DNA of 64,000 nucleotides from Escherichia coli (GTDB lineage Bacteria; Pseudomonadota; Gammaproteobacteria; Enterobacterales; Enterobacteriaceae): NCBI RefSeq assembly GCF_029227855.1, contig NZ_CP074356.1; one strand, 5' to 3'. Shown piece by piece: positions 57,941 to 64,000 of this stretch (position 1 is its first letter; each line of letters starts with the position of its first letter). The notes under the pieces were generated by a model. It saw only the letters and a program-made list of their open reading frames with translations, ran no database searches and was not told where the DNA came from. The position numbers and the translations under genes were made by a program.

Positions 57941-59713
57941 ATGCGTACAGAATATTGTGGACAGCTCCGTTTGTCCCACGTGGGGCAGCAGGTGACTCTG
58001 TGTGGTTGGGTCAACCGTCGTCGTGATCTTGGTAGCCTGATCTTCATCGATATGCGCGACCGCGAAGGTATCGTGCAGGTATTTTTCGATCCGGATCGTG
58101 CGGACGCGTTAAAGCTGGCCTCTGAACTGCGTAATGAGTTCTGCATTCAGGTCACGGGCACCGTACGTGCGCGTGACGAAAAAAATATTAACCGCGATAT
58201 GGCGACTGGCGAAATCGAAGTACTGGCGTCCTCGCTGACTATCATCAACCGTGCAGATGTTCTGCCGCTTGACTCTAACCACGTCAACACCGAAGAAGCG
58301 CGTCTGAAATACCGCTACCTCGACCTGCGTCGCCCGGAAATGGCTCAGCGCCTGAAAACCCGCGCTAAAATCACCAGCCTGGTGCGCCGTTTTATGGATG
58401 ACCACGGCTTCCTCGACATCGAAACTCCGATGCTGACCAAAGCCACGCCGGAAGGCGCGCGTGACTACCTGGTGCCTTCTCGTGTGCACAAAGGTAAATT
58501 CTACGCACTGCCGCAATCCCCACAGTTGTTCAAACAGCTGCTGATGATGTCCGGCTTTGACCGTTACTATCAGATCGTTAAATGCTTCCGTGACGAAGAC
58601 CTGCGCGCTGATCGTCAGCCTGAATTTACTCAGATCGATGTGGAAACTTCTTTCATGACCGCGCCGCAAGTGCGTGAAGTGATGGAAGCGCTGGTGCGTC
58701 ATCTGTGGCTGGAAGTGAAGGGCGTGGATCTGGGCGATTTCCCGGTAATGACCTTTGCGGAAGCAGAACGCCGTTATGGTTCTGATAAACCGGATCTGCG
58801 TAACCCGATGGAACTGACTGACGTTGCCGATCTGCTGAAATCTGTTGAATTTGCAGTATTTGCAGGTCCGGCGAACAATCCGAAAGGGCGCGTTGCCGCT
58901 CTGCGTGTTCCGGGTGGCGCATCGCTGACCCGTAAGCAGATCGACGAATACGGTAACTTCGTTAAAATCTACGGCGCGAAAGGTCTGGCTTACATCAAAG
59001 TTAACGAACGCGCGAAAGGTCTGGAAGGTATCAACAGCCCGGTAGCGAAGTTCCTTAATGCAGAAATCATCGAAGCCATCCTGGATCGTACTGCCGCGCA
59101 AGATGGCGATATGATTTTCTTCGGTGCCGACAACAAGAAAATTGTTGCCGACGCGATGGGCGCACTGCGCCTGAAAGTGGGTAAAGACCTTGGTCTGACC
59201 GACGAAAGCAAATGGGCACCGCTGTGGGTTATCGATTTCCCGATGTTTGAAGACGACGGTGAAGGCGGCCTGACGGCAATGCACCATCCGTTCACCTCAC
59301 CGAAAGACATGACTGCTGCAGAACTGAAAGCTGCACCAGAAAATGCGGTGGCGAACGCTTACGATATGGTCATCAATGGTTACGAAGTGGGCGGTGGTTC
59401 TGTGCGTATCCATAATGGTGATATGCAGCAGACGGTGTTTGGTATTCTGGGTATCAACGAAGAGGAACAGCGCGAGAAATTCGGCTTCCTGCTCGACGCC
59501 CTGAAATACGGTACTCCGCCGCACGCAGGTCTGGCATTCGGTCTTGACCGTCTGACGATGCTGCTGACCGGCACCGACAATATCCGTGACGTTATCGCCT
59601 TCCCGAAAACCACGGCGGCGGCGTGTCTGATGACTGAAGCACCGAGCTTTGCTAACCCGACTGCACTGGCTGAGCTGAGCATTCAGGTTGTGAAGAAGGC
59701 AGAGAATAACTGA
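57941..59713 (+). CDS. aspS: Aspartyl-tRNA synthetase
   Basis: 590-aa class II aaRS ORF. Confidence 0.92.
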   Translation: MRTEYCGQLRLSHVGQQVTLCGWVNRRRDLGSLIFIDMRDREGIVQVFFDPDRADALKLASELRNEFCIQVTGTVRARDEKNINRDMATGEIEVLASSLTIINRADVLPLDSNHVNTEEARLKYRYLDLRRPEMAQRLKTRAKITSLVRRFMDDHGFLDIETPMLTKATPEGARDYLVPSRVHKGKFYALPQSPQLFKQLLMMSGFDRYYQIVKCFRDEDLRADRQPEFTQIDVETSFMTAPQVREVMEALVRHLWLEVKGVDLGDFPVMTFAEAERRYGSDKPDLRNPMELTDVADLLKSVEFAVFAGPANNPKGRVAALRVPGGASLTRKQIDEYGNFVKIYGAKGLAYIKVNERAKGLEGINSPVAKFLNAEIIEAILDRTAAQDGDMIFFGADNKKIVADAMGALRLKVGKDLGLTDESKWAPLWVIDFPMFEDDGEGGLTAMHHPFTSPKDMTAAELKAAPENAVANAYDMVINGYEVGGGSVRIHNGDMQQTVFGILGINEEEQREKFGFLLDALKYGTPPHAGLAFGLDRLTMLLTGTDNIRDVIAFPKTTAAACLMTEAPSFANPTALAELSIQVVKKAENN

Positions 59714-59830
59714 TATGACTCAAATACACGAAATCATTCGCGTTGCATCGAGGCGGCAACTGAGTGAACTCCCATGAGCATAGATAACTATGTGAATGGG
59801 ATGAGCGAAGGCAGTCAACGAAGAGGCAGC

Positions 59831-60283
59831 GTGAAGGATAAAGTGTATAAGCGTCCCGTTTCGATCTTAGTGGTCATCTATGCGCAAGATACGAAACGGG
59901 TGCTGATGTTGCAGCGGCGTGACGATCCCGATTTCTGGCAGTCGGTAACCGGCAGCGTGGAAGAGGGGGAAACCGCGCCGCAAGCTGCCATGCGCGAAGT
60001 AAAGGAAGAGGTCACCATTGATGTTGTCGCTGAACAACTGACCTTAATTGACTGTCAGCGCACGGTAGAGTTTGAAATTTTTTCACATTTACGTCATCGC
60101 TATGCGCCGGGCGTGACGCGTAATACGGAATCATGGTTCTGTCTTGCGCTTCCGCACGAGCGCCAGATCGTTTTCACTGAACATCTGGCTTACAAGTGGC
60201 TTGATGCGTCTGCTGCGGCGGCGCTCACTAAGTCCTGGAGCAACCGTCAGGCGATTGAACAGTTTGTAATTAACGCTGCCTGA
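59831..60283 (+). CDS. nudB: Dihydroneopterin triphosphate diphosphatase NudB
   Basis: 150 aa from GTG ([14 protein letters not shown]); Nudix box. Confidence 0.85.
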
Positions 60284-60311
60284 ACAGGCAGGGCTATCTG
60301 GAGATATTTTT

Positions 60312-61052
60312 ATGGCAGGTCATAGTAAATGGGCCAACACCAGACATCGTAAAGCTGCGCAGGATGCTAAGCGCGGTAAAATCTTCACTAAAATCATTCG
60401 TGAGCTGGTAACCGCGGCTAAGCTGGGCGGTGGTGATCCGGACGCTAACCCGCGTTTGCGTGCAGCAATTGATAAAGCACTGTCTAACAACATGACCCGT
60501 GACACTCTGAACCGCGCAATTGCACGTGGTGTGGGCGGTGATGATGATGCAAACATGGAAACCATCATCTACGAAGGTTACGGTCCTGGCGGCACGGCAA
60601 TCATGATTGAATGTCTGTCTGACAACCGCAACCGTACCGTTGCTGAAGTGCGTCATGCATTCAGTAAATGTGGCGGTAACCTCGGTACTGATGGTTCCGT
60701 AGCTTATCTGTTCAGCAAAAAAGGCGTGATCTCCTTCGAGAAAGGCGATGAAGACACCATCATGGAAGCAGCACTGGAAGCAGGTGCTGAAGACGTTGTG
60801 ACCTATGATGACGGCGCGATTGACGTCTACACTGCATGGGAAGAAATGGGTAAAGTGCGCGACGCTCTGGAAGCGGCAGGTCTGAAAGCAGACAGCGCGG
60901 AAGTTTCCATGATCCCGTCCACCAAAGCTGATATGGATGCAGAAACCGCACCGAAACTGATGCGTCTGATCGATATGCTGGAAGATTGCGACGACGTGCA
61001 GGAAGTCTACCATAACGGTGAAATCTCCGATGAGGTTGCAGCGACTCTCTGA
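60312..61052 (+). CDS. yebC: YebC/PmpR-family transcriptional regulator
   Basis: 246-aa [26 protein letters not shown]. Confidence 0.9.
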
Positions 61053-61086
61053 TGGGGCCTGCTAAACAGCAAAACGGAGACGCGTG

Positions 61087-61608
61087 ATGGCTATTATTCT
61101 CGGCATTGACCCGGGTTCGCGCGTGACCGGCTATGGCGTCATCCGCCAGGTAGGCAGGCAACTCTCCTACCTGGGTAGCGGATGCATACGCACCAAAGTG
61201 GATGATTTACCGTCTCGTCTGAAGCTCATCTATGCGGGCGTGACGGAAATCATCACCCAGTTCGAGCCTGATTATTTCGCCATTGAACAAGTCTTTATGG
61301 CGAAGAACGCTGACTCAGCCCTGAAACTGGGTCAGGCGCGCGGCGTGGCGATTGTGGCGGCGGTGAATCAGGAATTGCCGGTATTTGAATATGCGGCACG
61401 TCAGGTAAAGCAAACGGTGGTAGGTATTGGTAGTGCTGAAAAAAGCCAGGTGCAGCATATGGTCCGCACCTTGCTGAAACTGCCCGCTAATCCACAGGCG
61501 GATGCTGCCGATGCATTAGCTATCGCGATTACCCATTGTCACGTCAGTCAGAATGCGATGCAGATGAGCGAATCGCGGCTGAACCTGGCGAGAGGGCGAC
61601 TGCGTTAA
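61087..61608 (+). CDS. ruvC: Holliday junction resolvase RuvC
   Basis: 173 aa from [17 protein letters not shown]. Confidence 0.9.
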   Translation: MAIILGIDPGSRVTGYGVIRQVGRQLSYLGSGCIRTKVDDLPSRLKLIYAGVTEIITQFEPDYFAIEQVFMAKNADSALKLGQARGVAIVAAVNQELPVFEYAARQVKQTVVGIGSAEKSQVQHMVRTLLKLPANPQADAADALAIAITHCHVSQNAMQMSESRLNLARGRLR

Positions 61609-61609
61609 G

Positions 61610-62212
61610 TTATACCGCCTCGGTCAGTTCCGGCTGAGGCGTTTCCACTCCCTCCGCATGAATCAACACCAAACCCGGATGATGCCACAAACTGGCTGGC
61701 GTGACGGTTTTACGCTCCCACGGAATAGAACCCAGGAACCAGAATTTCCAGAAAGTGAGTTTTGCATTCGGATTGCTATTTAACAATTCTCCAAACGTCT
61801 CTATTTCACCCACCGGAATACATAGCGCCTCTTTATAAATATCAAAAACAAATTTTGAACAGAACTGGCGCGAAGATTCGTATTTAAAACCGGTGTGGTA
61901 AAGTTTGCGTAGCCGGGAGGGAACCTGTTCAACAATTCGTTGTTTTTGTTGTTCTGTCAGCCCAGCGTCTAATCGCTTTATAGCATAGCGTTGATTAGAC
62001 GAACGTTTAATAAAACGAGATAGCGTGGTGATGGTTGAAAGGGGAACCCGGCTTTCTGCAACCAGGAAGTCTTCACCGTTATGACCGATAATGATCCCGA
62101 CGTGATTACTCCAGCAATTTGATGCAGCTGATATTTGACCAAATAAGGCAGCACCTATACATGTAAAGACGATATCTCCAATTTCATATTCAGCAGGGTA
62201 ATTAATATTCAC
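61610..62212 (-). CDS. yebB: DUF830 protein YebB
   Basis: 200-aa ORF between ruvC and ruvA. Confidence 0.75.
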   Translation of the reverse strand: MNINYPAEYEIGDIVFTCIGAALFGQISAASNCWSNHVGIIIGHNGEDFLVAESRVPLSTITTLSRFIKRSSNQRYAIKRLDAGLTEQQKQRIVEQVPSRLRKLYHTGFKYESSRQFCSKFVFDIYKEALCIPVGEIETFGELLNSNPNAKLTFWKFWFLGSIPWERKTVTPASLWHHPGLVLIHAEGVETPQPELTEAV

Positions 62213-62418
62213 GTTGTCATTCCATTGAAATAGATACGAATATACGTAATAGCATAAAAATTTATTTTTTCAGGAGGCGCAATGTATATTTTTATTACGC
62301 ATTTCTTCACTGAATATGTAATATTAAAATATTTGCTTCCAATATAACCTGTAGAACAAATTATACTGTGCCATTTTTCAGATCATCGGGACACCTCGCA
62401 AGTTTTCTTCATCCTTCG

Positions 62419-62434
62419 CTGGATATCTATCCAG
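62419..62434. promoter_or_regulatory. ruvA: LexA (SOS) box of the ruvAB operon
   Basis: CTGGATATCTATCCAG, a perfect CTG-N10-CAG palindrome about 50 nt upstream of ruvA. Confidence 0.75.
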
Positions 62435-62485
62435 CATTTTTTTATCATACAGCATTATCTTTGATTCATTACGCAGGAGCGTCAT

Positions 62486-63097
62486 GTGATAGGCAGACTC
62501 AGAGGCATCATCATTGAAAAACAACCCCCGCTGGTGTTAATTGAAGTGGGCGGCGTAGGCTATGAAGTGCATATGCCGATGACCTGTTTTTATGAACTCC
62601 CTGAAGCGGGTCAGGAAGCGATCGTTTTCACCCACTTTGTGGTGCGTGAAGACGCGCAACTGCTGTACGGTTTTAACAATAAACAAGAGCGCACATTGTT
62701 CAAAGAGTTGATCAAAACCAACGGCGTCGGCCCGAAGTTAGCGCTGGCGATCCTCTCCGGAATGTCAGCGCAGCAGTTCGTTAATGCCGTTGAGCGTGAA
62801 GAAGTGGGGGCACTGGTGAAACTGCCGGGTATTGGCAAAAAAACCGCCGAACGCTTGATTGTTGAAATGAAAGACCGATTTAAAGGTTTGCATGGCGATC
62901 TCTTTACGCCAGCCGCCGACCTGGTACTCACGTCTCCTGCCAGCCCGGCGACCGACGATGCTGAACAAGAAGCGGTTGCCGCGCTGGTGGCGCTGGGCTA
63001 TAAACCACAAGAAGCAAGCCGCATGGTGAGCAAAATCGCTCGCCCTGACGCCAGCAGTGAAACATTAATTCGCGAAGCCCTACGCGCCGCGTTATGA
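62486..63097 (+). CDS. ruvA: Holliday junction branch-migration protein RuvA
   Basis: 203-aa ORF. Confidence 0.9.
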   Translation: MIGRLRGIIIEKQPPLVLIEVGGVGYEVHMPMTCFYELPEAGQEAIVFTHFVVREDAQLLYGFNNKQERTLFKELIKTNGVGPKLALAILSGMSAQQFVNAVEREEVGALVKLPGIGKKTAERLIVEMKDRFKGLHGDLFTPAADLVLTSPASPATDDAEQEAVAALVALGYKPQEASRMVSKIARPDASSETLIREALRAAL

Positions 63098-63102
63098 GGT
63101 AA

Positions 63103-64000
<898 letters not shown>

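Overview
This window reads as a non-K-12 Escherichia coli chromosomal segment covering flagellar regions II and IIIa and their flanks, in reverse orientation to the MG1655 reference. I found no novel system: every ORF of meaningful size maps to a known E. coli gene, and there are no IS elements, prophage genes, CRISPR arrays or unexplained ORF clusters. All identifications are from reading the ORF-track translations and the sequence against memory; no database search was run. Gene order is yedK(partial)-yedFE-yedD-amyA-fliTSD / fliC-fliAZ-tcyJ-dcyD-tcyLN-sdiA-yecF-uvrYC-pgsA-glyW-cysT-leuZ-yecA-tyrP-yecH-ftnA-yecR-azuC-yecJ-ftnB-araFGH-otsBA-uspC-flhDC-motAB-cheAW-tar-tap-cheRBYZ-flhBAE-argS-yecM-cutC-torYZ-cmoBA-yecN-yecED-aspS-nudB-yebC-ruvC-yebB-ruvAB(partial). 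Sequence-level signals support sigma28 promoters for fliC, fliD, tar and motA (the last inside flhC), a CRP site and long leader at flhDC, and two sRNAs not visible in the ORF track (MotR, MicL), plus the small protein azuC. The observations most worth a second look are a G10 homopolymer inside the fliC variable domain, an apparent 1-nt frameshift in an A-run at the torY 5' end that creates an 8-codon uORF overlapping the next ATG (TAATG), a candidate sigma28-like promoter upstream of yecF, and the absence of yecT between flhE and argS. The two homopolymer observations could also be sequencing artefacts.
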